Shown here: positions 1 through 27,188 of the stretch, one piece after another
How positions within the stretch are numbered: position 1 is the stretch's first letter
Layout: each line of letters opens with the position of its first letter
Source: Chrysomallon squamiferum
Lineage: Eukaryota; Animalia; Mollusca
Assembly (NCBI GenBank): GCA_012295275.1
Contig: CM022676.1
Span: 3,720,001 to 3,784,000 of the forward strand
Length of the DNA: 64,000 bases
Direction of reading: 5' to 3'
Program-made: the position numbers and the translations under genes
Notes under the pieces: model-generated
The model's input: only the letters and a program-made list of their open reading frames with translations
Databases searched by the model: none
Told to the model about the DNA's origin: nothing

Positions 1-1
1 A

Positions 2-32
<31 letters not shown>

Positions 33-523
33 TTTTTTATTATTATTATTATTCCTATTGTTATTTTTATCTACGACTACTGAATGAATAGACATATATT
101 GATATGTACGCACGTATGTATGAATACACATATACACACACCGATATACTTTTATATCTGACGGACAAACAGAAATGGGTTCACAGACAGAAAGACAAAC
201 AGACAGACAGATAAATAGATATCTGATCGATGTAATGCCTGTGTTATACACATAACTACACCAGGAAATATTTATTGAATTAGTTAGTACCTTGTTAATC
301 AGTTGTTGGGTTATTTTATTACTTCTTGTCTGTGTATTTACCTTGTGGCTAGTTAATTTTTTTTTTTTTTTTTTTTTTTGCTAATTTGTTTCTTTTATTG
401 TCTCTCATTTTTCTTTTGTTTTCTTCTTTTTATTTTTTTTTTATTTATTTATTTATTTTTTTAAATACTAGTTAATAGGCAACAAAAGCATGTACAACAA
501 AAATTATTTTCAATAAATCAATA

Positions 524-639
<116 letters not shown>

Positions 640-912
640 TCATTAATTGGGAATCGAATCATGCTCTGAGACGATTTAACCGCTTTCCAGCAATAAACAA
701 GAGGTTTTAGTTTCCTCCAAAGAAAAATTTCAAAAAGTGACAAGTAGAGGGATCGTTCTCAAAATAATAAAACTATCATTACCAAGTGTGACCTGTTTCA
801 ACGAAAGGACTACAAAGTTTCTAAGCAACAGTTGTATGGAATGTATATTGAGCTGAAACTGTTATTATTAATTTTTAGTTGTTTTTATCCACAACAGCTG
901 CAATTAATAACA

Positions 913-943
<31 letters not shown>

Positions 944-2802
944 ACAAACAAACAAACAAACAAATAAATAAATAAATAAACAGAAAAAAAAAATAAATAA
1001 ATAAATAAATAAATATAATAAAAAATTATAAAATCAAATCAAATAAAATAAAACAAAGAAAATAAAGAAAAATAAAGGAAAATAAGTAGATAATGCACAG
1101 CAATACAGCTTAATCAATTCTAAAAACCAGTTCAATTCAGAACATCACAATGCATTACTACGCAACTCATCATTACGTGAAAATAACGTAACACGCGTAT
1201 TTATCTTTGACAAATCGACGTCAGACTCATTTCGTTATGAGGAGTCTCACACTTTTGACACCGGAATTCCCCGAGCGGAGCAACATCGCTATTACAAATT
1301 GTTTAAAATTCCATTCTTCACTGCGCGCGACACAAGAGACTTGTACAAAAAAAACACAAACTGACACGGCAGCGAGAAATATTTACTAGATGATCTATCG
1401 CAAATGTCGAGTCGCACTTTGCAGACGTTTCTCGTAAGAAATATGGATGCACGTGGTACGTAAGCGAGTTCGTTTTGCCGACGAGTGAAAGGGAAAATAA
1501 ATTGATATTTACTGGTTATGAGTCGTCTGCTAAGATATTGCTAAAGAAAAAAAGAAAAAAAGTAAATAATATTTTTTTTTTTTTTTTTTTTTTTAAAATA
1601 CGAGTTAATAATTGTGTAGAGAAGGCAAAATGAGAAATACAAAATACAAAGTGGACAGATAAATCATAAGAACAACAGTAATGATGATGATGATGATGAT
1701 GATGATGATAATAATAATAATATACAAATAAATGAATAAATAAATGAATAAATAAATAAATACAGATTAAATTTATTTATTATAGACATTACTCTTTGCT
1801 GATAATAAAGTATCGCGGCTAGCTCTAAACCAATCCTCTTTTTTAGTTGGACCACGCAAACCCTACAGCTACATTTATCCCTTCTTGACATTAAACCACT
1901 TTATTCCTCCAAAAATAAAACCTGCCATGATTGAAACCGGTTACAAATTTGTTCACGAAGACGTATCCCTGTGGATTACACACTACACGAATTCTAAATC
2001 GTTCAACGAAACTTTTTTTTTTTTTTTTTTTTTTTTTGTCACTACGACCACGACCAAGTTGAAAAGAAGAAGAAAGAAAAAGAAAGAAAGAAAGAAAAAA
2101 AAAAAATAAAAACTTTCCGCGTTTTTAGACCACGCCATTGCGTAAAGTCTTCAAAACCAAAATCGATCCCTTGTGTCAAACAAGACAACCTGCAAACTTT
2201 CCATCTTCTCCTTTTGCTTGTTATTAAAAACTTAACAAAACAACTTGGCTCGCAATCGCTTTCCACGAGTATCTTTCCACGGCAGACGAAGATAATTCGT
2301 GTTTATTGTTGTTGTACGAGTGACAGCGACAGGCGCTCGCTTTTCGAGTCCGCTGCCCTCGGCTTTTTCCGGTTGTCAGATTCTTCTCGAGGTGGCAGCG
2401 AGCGAGCGAGCGAGCGAGCGAGCGATTCACCGGTCACCCACCGGCTGACAGTCGCGGGTGATTTGCAGAAACAGACGAAACAGACGTAACAGACGTCACT
2501 GACTGGAAGAAAAATTGTCTAGCGACCGTCGCCGTGGTGGTTGTTTCAGACTGCGACGGTCTGAGTGTACTTCAGTTTGTTGTCGTCTGCCGCACTCGTT
2601 ATTTTTATTTTTGTTTAATTTTTTTTATTTTTTTTATTGTATTTATTTTTCTTCTTCTTCTTCTTCTTCATCTTCTTCTAGTTCTTCTTTTCTGCTTTTT
2701 CTTCTTATTCTTCTTCTTCTTATTCTTATTCTGCTTTTTCTTCTTATTCTTCTTCTTCTTATTCTTATTCTGCTTTTTCTTCTTCTGCTTTTTCTTCTTC
2801 TT

Positions 2803-2873
<71 letters not shown>

Positions 2874-3245
2874 TTTGTTTTTCACTCTACAATAACCTGC
2901 GTTTATTTCAGTTTCACTAGTCGACATAATCTCTTCATTTTCAGTCGTTGTTGTCGGCATAATCTGTGTTTATTTTAGTCCTCGGTAATTAACATTTATT
3001 TCAGTTGTTTTCGTCTGCCTGATCTATTTGTTTCAGTCGTTATTAACCAGTGTTTATCTCCTTCTCTCTCTCTCTCTCCTTCTCTGCCTGTCTCATTCAT
3101 TTCTGTCTGTCTGTCTGTCTGTCTCTCTGCCCAGAGTGATATTTATTTATTTCATTTTGTGTCCTTATTATTTCCCTCTCTGTCGTCTTTTGTTTTTCTT
3201 TTTTTTTGTCTTCGTCTTAATGACTGGAAGATATACACAGAGACA

Positions 3246-3339
<94 letters not shown>

Positions 3340-3786
3340 GATAAACGGAGAGATACAGAGACAGACAGTTCCATTACGTACAAATACCATGTACGCTAAT
3401 TTTCAAATCACACTTATCTTTGCTAAACTCTATAAGCTTTGGTTGTTTTTTTTTTTTTTTTTTTTACAGATATAAAACAAACTCTCAGCAGTCACAACAC
3501 ATGAGTAAACATACTTTATAAAATAGCTCACGGGAAGTAACTCTTGTTCACAATGATTGGCTGCATAGGATTAATATGTATCAAAATTAAACGAATCGAG
3601 AGATTTCATTTTTTTTCTTCGTCTTCAATTAACATGTTTCTTGTTTGCGCTCACGTTAATGTTTTTACTTTTTATTTATTTATTTTTTCGTTCTGTGTTG
3701 AAGTTAATTATTTTCACAGAGGAATAATTGATCGGCGACAATTAAATAACATTTCACCAATTAACCGTACCGATAAATATTTAATG

Positions 3787-3892
<106 letters not shown>

Positions 3893-4622
3893 CTGTGTTT
3901 ATTTACGTTTCTGTTTGTGTGGGTTCATACTTGTTAGTGTGTGCCTCTCTATATTCATCGTTCTGTGTTACTTTTTATCTATTTATATAGGAAACAATAT
4001 ATATCGATCTCTCTCTCTATATATATATATATTGCAGTTTGCACATCTTGTCAGTCTGTATTTCTATCATATGTTTTATCTGACTATTTGAATCTACATA
4101 CATCTGCTTTTCATATTTTCTGTTTTATATATATATATTCTTCTATTTCTTAATTTTCTATTTCTTTCTTTCTCTCTTTCTCATTCTTTGCATCTCTCTG
4201 TCTTTACGTTCTTCCATTTTAAACACTTACCTGTTAGAATCTATTAACCGTTACGTATTTTAACCGACTGTTTGTCTGTCTGTCTGTCTGGTTTTCTGTT
4301 AAAATGGATAATCACATTAACTGTATGTCTGTACTTCAAAGCCTGTTTACTGATATTCTGCGAAACAAGGACGCGATTTTCCAAAACGCCAGGAGAAATC
4401 GACTTAAAGAAAATTTTGCGTAGCGTGCCTCACGGATTCCTAAATAGAAAGGCTTAACCCTTTTTGTTTCATTATTTATCAGCCTGTTGTACCTTGACCC
4501 AGTTTCAGCTAAACCATTAGTGAGGTTTGTACTGGAAATCAAAATAACAGTTTATAAAACGAAGGTCGGTTAGTTTGTGATACAGAAATGTACAGAATTG
4601 TTTAGCAGTATGATGAATGTAT

Positions 4623-4671
<49 letters not shown>

Positions 4672-5098
4672 TACACATACACATGCATACATACATAAAC
4701 ACATACACTACACACACGCAAAACATACATTCATATACATAGATCCCAATACACACATTCAGCACAGTTAACAATACTTGCACAGATACGTACCTACATA
4801 AACATACGAATATGATGATAATGTAGTCCTCGAATACCTTCGAATATATATAATCTTAATATTAAAAATAAAATAATACTAAAACTGAAATGTAACCATA
4901 GTTACAAATGTAGCAGTCAGGAAAATGAACTGTTCCATGACATTACGAGCAACAGTAATCCAAACCAAAAAAAAAAAAAAAAAAAATAAAAAAAAAACTT
5001 TGAATAAAATAAATAAATAACAACAATGATCTAACCGGGAATATTAATTTCTGTCGATACTGACACAATTTTTATTTTTATTTTTAATGTTTTTAAAT

Positions 5099-5137
<39 letters not shown>

Positions 5138-5539
5138 CCGTCTCTTCTTCTTCGCTTATTCTTGTTCAGACAAAGTGTTATTTCTGTGAGTAGCGGGAAG
5201 TGGGCTGAGTCAAGTCAAGAGTTACGACAAATTCAATACTCTGAGTCTGCCACGAAATCCATCGAAGGCAGGTTGTAAAGAATAAAGCTTGACAGCTGTA
5301 CAGAAAATAGAAGCGCTGCGATTTAAAGACGTATATATAAACGTCAATCGGAAATGTATTACGGAATATGTAATCACAAGAACAGCGTAAAGCCGCTTTC
5401 TCACTGAGCAATTTGTCGTAACCGACTGGCAGTATGATTTGTGTTTTGTTCAGTCGTAAAAAAACATCAGCTTCTTAATAAATGAAAATCATAATCCTCT
5501 CTATCTGACTGTCTGTCTGTCTCTCTGTATAAATATCTG

Positions 5540-5621
<82 letters not shown>

Positions 5622-6274
5622 CCCCCCTCTCTCACTGGTTATCTGTCTGTCTATCTGTCCATCTATCTAAATACCCTACAATTTACCCTGAAAGAGATCA
5701 AGGACAATTATTATTATTATTATAATTATTATTATTATGTTGTTGTTGTTGTTTTGATGGTGGTGGTGGTGTTGTTATATCCATTACTAAAAACTGTTGT
5801 ACAAGTAGGCTTATCAAATCGCACAGTGTTAAGAGACCTCTTCTCTATCAGTAATCTGTGTACGACATTAACGTTTAATATCAGTTTCGGCATAAATCAC
5901 ACAGCTCAACTTTTTATTACCTTGTTCGGTCTGCATCTGAAGATAAAATGATGCCTGCATCTTATTTAATGTTACCCTTAACAAGACAAAAAAATTGTGT
6001 TATTAATTCTACGGTATTTATAAGCAAAAAACTAAAAATAAAAATAGGGGAAAAAAAATTGTTATTAATTCTAGGCATATTTTTTTTGTATATCTGGGGA
6101 AAAAAAAAGTAAAAATAAGAAATAAAATTCTGTAAGGAAGAAGTAAAATGAAAATTGATAACGACTGAGTAGTAGAAAATTAGATCAGAGGTATTATGTA
6201 AATGAAGAAATTCTGAGTGTTCGTTTTTGATAGTTGTACACAAATTATGAATGTGCATAAACACATGCATGCAC

Positions 6275-6341
<67 letters not shown>

Positions 6342-7205
6342 TACGTATACGACTGTAAAACGTATACTGATATGCAAGCATGCTTATATTCACAATTACA
6401 AACACACATACATACACACATACATACACACACACACACATACATACATACATATACATAACCGAGAGACAGACAGACAGACACATTAACTGTAATAAAG
6501 TCAGTAATTAGAAATTGTGTTCTGAGACACAAACACATAACTCGGCAATACTAATAATAATAAGAAGAAGAAGAAGAAAAAAAAGAAAGAAGATAACAGC
6601 AATACTGCTACTACCAGTACTACCACTGCTACTACTACTACTACTACTACTACTACTAAATAAATAAATAAATAACATTATTATTAGATCAATAAACTTG
6701 CTGTCACAACTCAGTGAATGAATTAATTAATATGTCTGAATTCCCATGTCACGTGACACGTTAAATACTGCACGCACTTCCGGGCTATCGAAAGAGCACG
6801 AGAATCACGTGACATGCCGGATCAAGCGTGCGTGTCGAACAATCCCACTTATCAATAATTAAAAATGCATTAAACTTACTGAAGCAATTGACCGATGCCT
6901 TTTCTTGTATAATTTCAAATTGGACGTTTAGACAGCAGGGTTATGAAATCCAGATAACCTGAGATCTCTTCTTTCGAAGAATATTGATATAAAAAATTTA
7001 AAAAAAAATAATAATAATAATAAAAAAAAAAAGTTCTATAGAATAATAATAATAATAATAATAATAAAAATAATAAATTTTTGATTTAAAAAATCAATAA
7101 TAATAATAATAATATTAATAATAATAATAATAATAATTTTTTAATTTAAAAAATCGAAAAGTTAAACTAAATTAAATAGTTAATTCAACACTTTTTGACT
7201 TGTTG

Positions 7206-7304
<99 letters not shown>

Positions 7305-8239
7305 GTCTGTCTGTCTGTCTGTCTCTCACATGCACCTACCATGAAATGGAACTAAGCCATTTTATTTTATTACATCTAAATTCATTAGGTTAAAATTTTT
7401 GTATAATCCTTATCAGATTCTGCAAATTAAGTAACCCTGTTATTACGTCATGTTCTAATTATGTAACAAGATATACAGATACCAAGTTTCCTAATTAGAT
7501 TTAAAATTTAACGCCAGGAACAAAATTATTCATAAATGCATTAAATTAAATAATCTGAAAAAATTATTAATAAAAAATATAAAAAATTCAAAATCGTATC
7601 TTTCGTTTTTCTGACAAAGATGTACATCATACAACATCATGCATATATAACTGACTACAAACAAAACTAATAATCAGAAGAAAAAAAATCTTGGAATATA
7701 ATTACGTCATCAGTATTTAAAGAATAACATTAGTTAAGAAGTACTAACTAATGACGTACATCCTTACGTCGATCGTATCTATAGTGATACACACAGTAAT
7801 AACACAAAATAGTGATTAACATCGTCAACCACATCAGCAACAGTCAGTTTAATTATGCAAAAAATGTGAAATGCGGAAATAATTAGTAATTGAATGAACT
7901 GAACCGCGATGTACAGTTTTCACAAGACGCATGTTAGTACGGAATGCTGAACTCATAACACATGATACACTAATACACGTGCTAGTGCACACATACAATT
8001 ACAAAAACACACACATGCACGCACACACACACACATACACACACACACACACACATGAAAACAGATACAAATGTACATATACATATAAATACACCTACAT
8101 ATACTTATGTATAAATACAAACGTATATACGTAAAAACAAACAATTAAAACATACATATACCGATTCATTATTTTAGAGTGTCTTAGATTTTGTCTGTGT
8201 TTTTTATATTATTATTATTATTATCACCGTCATCATTAT

Positions 8240-8433
<194 letters not shown>

Positions 8434-8661
8434 CGCTGTTGTTGTTGTTTTGTTTCGTTTTCGTTTATTTTTTTTCTTTATTTATAATTCATTGTTTGTT
8501 TTCTGTTTGTTTTTGTTATTTTGTTGCTGTTGTTTGTTTTTTTGTTATTGTTTTTTTTCTTTTTTATATATTCATTTGTATTGTCTGATGTTCCACTGCG
8601 TCTGTAAGTGTTCTGCAATTATGTAAATGCAATTTACTAAATTTGATAACAAGAAAAAAAG

Positions 8662-8693
<32 letters not shown>

Positions 8694-9011
8694 ATCGTTC
8701 AATTTTCTTCTCTCTTTGACTATCTTTACAAGAAGAAAAAAAACGGTCTGCAAATAGATTTTATTACGTTATTAGGACAGCAAAATAACAAAAAAAAAAA
8801 AAAAAATAAAAAAAATCCTGATTTCTAATCGAAAGCAACAACGATGGGGGGGGGGGGGAGAGAAAAATAAAAAGCAAAAGAATAAAATCAATTTAAAAAT
8901 TCGAAGAGTGTTTTTTTTTTCTTTCTTTCTTTCTTTTTTTTTTGTAAGAAATATCTAAAATGGCGAATTATTATAATTATTATTACTCTGTCTGGATTAC
9001 GTGACGTCTGA

Positions 9012-9042
<31 letters not shown>

Positions 9043-9358
9043 AACGAAACGAACATCAGAAATGAAAGAGAAAGAAAAAAGATTTTGATATTCAGAAAAT
9101 GTAATTTTTCTCTCTGCTTGTCAGAATTTCGACTTATTGAGGTAATCATTGTCCGTAATTTGGATTTAATAACTGGTCCGAATTGACATTCTGATATCCG
9201 CAGATACAATATTTGACGTTCCTGTCCGTCATTAAATATAATTTCCGGTCCGAGCGCGCGTTCTATTCTTTCCTTTCAGCTGCAGACGTTTGTGCGGCCC
9301 GGACATTCTGAAAATAGCTTTGACCTTGAGTGTTTAATTCAAAAATCTTTCTTTGTTT

Positions 9359-9389
<31 letters not shown>

Positions 9390-9396
9390 TTTAGGT

Positions 9397-9429
<33 letters not shown>

Positions 9430-9644
9430 CGTTTGTTTTTTTGTTTTGTTTATTTATCATTTTTTTTTTTTTAAATTTTTTTATTTTTAATAATTTTTTT
9501 CTTATTATTTTTTCTCATTTTTTTCATATTTTTTAGCTTGTTATTATTAATACTTCTTTTTCTTTGTTTTGATTGCTTGGTGCATTCATAAACATTCTGT
9601 GAAATTCTATGTATTCAAGAGTTTCATTAAAACACAAATAATAA

Positions 9645-9675
<31 letters not shown>

Positions 9676-11130
9676 AAACTATCCGTCTTTTACGTATATA
9701 TTTGTACGTTTCATTCACAAATGTTCCGTCGTTTAGGCACGAACTGTGTGATAACTTTGACGAGCATTAATTGGTCACGTGACCACATGTTTTATTCAAA
9801 ACGGTTAATTGTTTCACGAACGTAATTGTGTGTTGCTTTCGCAAACGCTAATTAAAAACATTCTCGTTAATTTTGCAAAGCTATGTCTTCTAGACTCAAG
9901 AGAAAATGTTAAAAATGTAAATTCTATTGTATATGTATTTTTTATTTCTTTATTTTATTTTTGTTACTTATTTATTTTTGTCGTTATCAATTTATTTAAA
10001 AAAGGTGTCTGTAGAAAATCTGTTAACCTATTTCAATTTATTTTTGTCTTTTTTCTTCTTTTAATTTTGTTTTTGATAATAAATATTTCTATAAATAGAA
10101 GAAAAAATAACATAATCATCACTTCAGCTAACCTTTGACATCATTATCAATCATCAGCAGTCATCATTAACATAATCAGATCATTAATCTTCATCCTCAT
10201 TTGTTATCCATCATCTTTGTCATGATAATCTTCATATAATCAGTTATTATGTAATTTTTTCTTCTTTTTTATCTTTATTTTTTTATCATTTTATCTTATT
10301 TATTTACTTATTTTATTTTATTTTTATATTTAATCATTGTTTATTTGCTGTAGTAAATTTGATTTCCTCCAAAAAAAAAAAGAAAAAAAAGAAAAAAGAA
10401 ACAAAGATAGAAAAACCGTTAAATATATCTGTTTGAAATTTGACATTATCTCGCACATAGACATTCCCAAACTTAGATATACTCACGACATACACACACA
10501 TGCACGCACAAACATACACATATCCACGTACATACCCACACATACAAACAGACGCGAGCAGACACGTAGAAAAACATTCACATAGACAAACATGTGAAAA
10601 AAAACCATGTACACAAATATTAAAATACACAGACACACATACACGCTAAAGCACGCATACATAAATATTAAAATGCAACAAAAACGTATTTTATATACTG
10701 ATCTGTGTTTATGCTAATAATAAAGTCCGTGTGTCTGTAAGTGTGTATGTGCGAATAAATATGTGTATCTGCGTTTAACTACAAGTTGTGTTTCTTCATA
10801 TATAATCATAACAACACATACACAGACACACATAAACACACACACATACATACTCACACACACACATATACGTACATACAAAAACACACACACATACATA
10901 CATCCATAGACATATACATACACAGTCAAACACACATACATACATACATACACACACACCTACATACATACATACACACACACACACCTACATACATACA
11001 TAAACACACATACGTACATACAAAAACATCTATCCATACAGAGAGACATACAGACATACAGACAGACAGACAGACAGACAGACAGATTGCTGAATACCTA
11101 TATAATTATTTGTACTGTTTGTTTTTTCAG

Positions 11131-22101
<10,971 letters not shown>

Positions 22102-22938
22102 CACGCTCCCCCACCTCCCCACCACCCAACTACGTCTCATCTAAAAATAATCAGGGAAAAACGTCGTGTGATTAATTCTGACCAATCGCATGAATCGTCT
22201 CTCTCTCGCTCTCTCTCTCGCTCTCTCGCCGTTTCCACTGCTCATGAATATTAATCGTTGTGTTGTTTTGTTATCGATACGAATAATGAAAAGTGACGTT
22301 GCAGGATGCAAAAGAGGCTAATTTGTTACTCACCGTGTTAAACTGAGGTTGCCGTGTTACGAATCTGGTTTTCAACAAACGATGACGTATTACTGTGTAT
22401 ATGTATATAATAAAATGAACAGTATATATATAAATACATTTATACAAATAATATGTGTACATTTACAAAACACTAACATATATATATATATATATACATA
22501 TATATAATGTATATAAATACACATATTAGTGTATTATTAATATTATTATTATATAGAAGATAAATTAAAAGCTATATAAATCGGAATATCGTATATATAT
22601 ATATATTTTATATAACAACCAGATAACGGTTAACCAGTATATAACTGTAAATACTGTATGTATATATAACAGTATCTGCAAAAGGTATTATTTTTGTTGT
22701 TGTGTATTGCCAAGTACGGAAAACTAGTGATAGATTATAACGTATCGAAAGAGAATGAATTAGAATATTAAATTTTCACAAGAGTTTTTTTTTTTTTCTT
22801 TTTAAAGGCAAGTTAAAACAAGTATTGGTAATGTCTACATGTGTTTCTTTTCTCTGTTGTATGAATTCTCTTCTTCAACATCTTTCTCTTCTTTTTTATT
22901 ATTATTGTGGTCTTTTTTAACTGAAAAAGGTAAAACTG

Positions 22939-22969
<31 letters not shown>

Positions 22970-23282
22970 CGTTTGTGCTATTGAAAAGTATAATCATACA
23001 TTTTTTAAAATACGTCCGCAGCCAAAGTGGAAAATCTCAAAATGCTAGCTATTTTCTCCGCTTTTTTCCATCTTATTAATATTTGCTGCGAAACTATTTT
23101 TTATAAGTCAAATGTCTTAAACGTTTTTGTGACCCGATGCTTGTAAAAGTGTCATAAATATACTCTTAGCAATCACATCAGTTTTCGATCTGCACTTAAA
23201 AATATCTATTTTCGATTTTCATGTATATGGTGCTTCATTCGTTTTACGTTACCAAGTTTAAGCACAAGCAATTTTAAGAAAA

Positions 23283-23363
<81 letters not shown>

Positions 23364-24812
23364 CTAAATATGAAACGAATCAATAGTGTTAAACAAAGTA
23401 GAACATGGTTTAATTCCTGAAATCGAAGACTGGATGATGTAAATGACTTCGGAATGAATAGCACGAATATGCTTTAACTCGAATGTGTTCTAGTTTCGAC
23501 TTATTGAAGAATGTTATTAAAATATCATACAACTCATTTTAGCAGTTAGCGTCACGTTTATTTTCATTTATTTTATTTTATTTATTTATGTTAAAAGATT
23601 TACAGAATTAGTGATATTATTAAAGTATTATAAATGTGTTATGTTTAGATGAAGATGATGGTGATGATGATAATAAAAACAATAATAACAAGAAGAAAAA
23701 AATGATAATAATAGCAATAACACTATCATCGCTAACACCACAATAAAATCACAACAACAGCAGCAACAACAATAATATTACTTCTACAACTACTACTGCT
23801 ACTACTACTAATAATAATAAAATTAAAATTAATTAATTGATTATCTAACTATTAAGGTGTTCATGTTTAAAACACAGTATACTTACGTAAAACCTTTTTT
23901 CTTCGTTAAAGGCCTTTTTCAAAGTTATCACTTCTGGTGACGTCATAAATAAACCACGTGATGTCACTTGAAACATAAAAGTATACTGGCTTATTTATTT
24001 ATTTATTTATTTATTTATTCATTTATTTACCTACTTATTCACTTACTTCGATTCCTACTTATTTATTATCACAAAGAATCTAATTTTACTATTAATGATA
24101 TTCAAATTAAAGGAACCATTTCGAATAACTGCAAAAAATTTAAGTATTAAATTTCACTAAGGCTTTATAATGGCTTTATTGTTGTTTGTTCATTTCAGTG
24201 CGGCTGTTTACAATACAAGTTGGTCATGTTACAAGGTATGTCTTGGAATAACTAATAGCTGTACCTTAATATTTAAGGTATATTTTTAATCACTAACATT
24301 TCCACATTTTCGTAGTTTACAAAGTTACGTTAGTCTTAAAACCTTTACGACAGACATCCGCTGTAAGCCGAATGGACAAACATTTTAGGATTGATTGGTT
24401 TCAATTATTGAGAAATGTTTTTGATTTTATATTTATATATTTATATATCTTCTATAAGAATGGGACACAGACGTATGGTTTACAGACACTGTCAGATATT
24501 TACCTTCATATAAATAAAAAAAAAATGGCATTTTACTAAAATAGACAAAGTTTGAAATCAAAGAAGTACTTACACACTGCCAAGTAGATGTTTTTCTTCT
24601 TATTTTTTCTTTTTATTATTTTTTTATTTATTTCTTTAATTTTTTTTTTTTTTTTCAAATTTATTATATATCTGTATGTTCATTTGACTGATGTGACAAT
24701 ATAATGAAGTACAGAAAGGTCGGTCAATTAAGTCAAACCTAGACGTAAATGGAAGACAGATAAAGTCGATAATTTTCTTTTAGATTTATCACTGTTATTG
24801 TTGCTATTGTTG

Positions 24813-24853
<41 letters not shown>

Positions 24854-24872
24854 TTACTACATTAAATTACAT

Positions 24873-24907
<35 letters not shown>

Positions 24908-25441
24908 GTATTACTATTCCCTCTACATATTCAGTGTTAGTAGACGATTACGTCTTAATTCGAATTATCGAAGTTAGTTCGACTTAACTCGTATCAGTAC
25001 TCAAAGTACAAATACTCTTTAAAACCGAATATTTTCAAGCTTAAAATTTAGTTTGTGTGTATCCATAGTTTGATTATTCTTAACCCAAACAGCTTCAAGC
25101 TTCGAATTAAACCACGTGTTTTTATATTCATATGTCGAAGAAAATATTTAGCTATCAACTTTAGTGAAATGTGTGTGTATGTGCGTGTGTCTCTCTGAAT
25201 GTGTGTTCTTAACAAAAACAACGTTTACTACAAGCATAGTCTATCTTCGGTTAACTTACCAGCTGCTCGTTCACACGTCGAATGAAAACATTCAATATTC
25301 GACTAAAGAGATATCAGCACCTCTATAAATCGAATATGGCTTAACTCGAACGCTATAAGATATTAAACTTTGATGCCAGCGCACATTTCATATTTTATCA
25401 ACTTCATTATTATTATTGTTATTGCTGTTGTTATTATTTTG

Positions 25442-25473
<32 letters not shown>

Positions 25474-25930
25474 TGTTTTACATTGCATATATATATATAT
25501 ATATGCTATGAACAAAACAGTACATATATTTATATTGTTGACTTGCAAGGTACTGCCCATTTATTTTTTCGATTCACCCATGTTATGGCAATACTTTTGT
25601 TTGTGTGAATATTTACTCTGAACTAAAGTTGACTACAAAGTGAGTAATGATAATAAATTGCATAAAATCTGTTTTGTAAAATTAGGTGTTTGTTGTCTTT
25701 TAAAAGCATGTTTTGTTTTGTTGTTGGTTTTATTATTTTTCTTGTTTTTTTTTTTTTTTTCTGTTTGTGTGTGCGTGAGTGTGTTTTGTTCTTTTTTCAA
25801 GAGGGAAGTATTTTTATTTATTTTTTTTTTTTTTTTATTTATTTATTTACTTACGTTTTTTTTTTTTTTTTTTTCTAGAGGTATTAATATGATTAAAATG
25901 TTACATATTATATTCCTATGTAAATGTGTT

Positions 25931-25992
<62 letters not shown>

Positions 25993-27140
25993 AAATATAT
26001 TATTTCCATACCATCCTGAGTGATGCTGTAGTGTGATGGAAAACAAGACAGGAATGAATATGGAGAGGAGCATGCGCCGTGCGACTTCCTCCCCTGTTTT
26101 AACGTCAGTTTCATTTGTTTTATTTTCTTTTTTTTTTTTTTTTTTTTTTATTTTTATTTTTTTTTTTCATTTTTTGAAATTATTTATAAATCAACAGAGC
26201 TTTTCCTCAGAATTATTATTATTTTTAATTTTATTACTATTATTATATTATTATTTTAATGTTATAATTAATCATATTACAACTAAACTTTTCTTACTCA
26301 CACTAATAATAACAGTGCCCTCTATATTAACAGTAATCTGCATCTGCCCTAGAAAAATCACTTTAAAATGTTTTGACCTGGAACCAACAGCAAAATGAAG
26401 GCAACCTTCCCACAGTCATCTCAGTAACCCTCCTTCCCTTTTCGAACATCCTGGATTCGATCCTATTAAGCATAATCAACAATCTCCTACCAGTTTCATT
26501 ATGGAAATTTTAACACCACATTTAAATACCGTTAACGACAGCAAAACTCACCCTTTTTGATATTATCTCCATGTTGCTCAACAGGATCGAATTTTTTTTT
26601 TTTTTTTTTTTTTTTGTGGATCTGAATTACAGTTTTTTAGAAAAATTTTGAATACTGTATTTCAAGACCTACAACAACAACAACGACACTATCTTCCCCC
26701 ACCCCCCACCCCTTTCTGATAACGTGGCCCCGCCCTGAAGAGTAGCAGCATTAATACGTAGTTAAACTGGAAGAACTGAAAATGGCATTTTAATCGAACA
26801 CTGTACAGGAAGGTTTTACGAGATTTTAGTTTTCTCCCGTTTTAAGATTTTTAAAACCATCGACGAATACCAGTCTAAGGTTTCATCAAACGAAGAAGCG
26901 GTTGCCATGGTGAATAGTGTTTTCCCCGCAATGATGACGACGAAACCGAGGCTTGATGGCTAATTTTTTATTTAATTTTTTTTTTTTTTTTTTTTTTTAC
27001 GATTTTAAAAGTGTAAAGGATATTTACAAGGGATTTTCTTGCCAAGCAAAGAAAGGGAAATACAGGTCAATTTTTATTTATTTATCATCATTTTTTAAAT
27101 TTCCTTATCTCAGAAACGATGCTAACTGATAACACTGTTA

Positions 27141-27188
<48 letters not shown>

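Noticed and set aside
5170-5275. Candidate upstream receptor exon (SSGKWAESSQ...)
   Set aside because: No TM1/TM2 motifs (GNxLV, LAxxD); not supportable as part of the GPCR.
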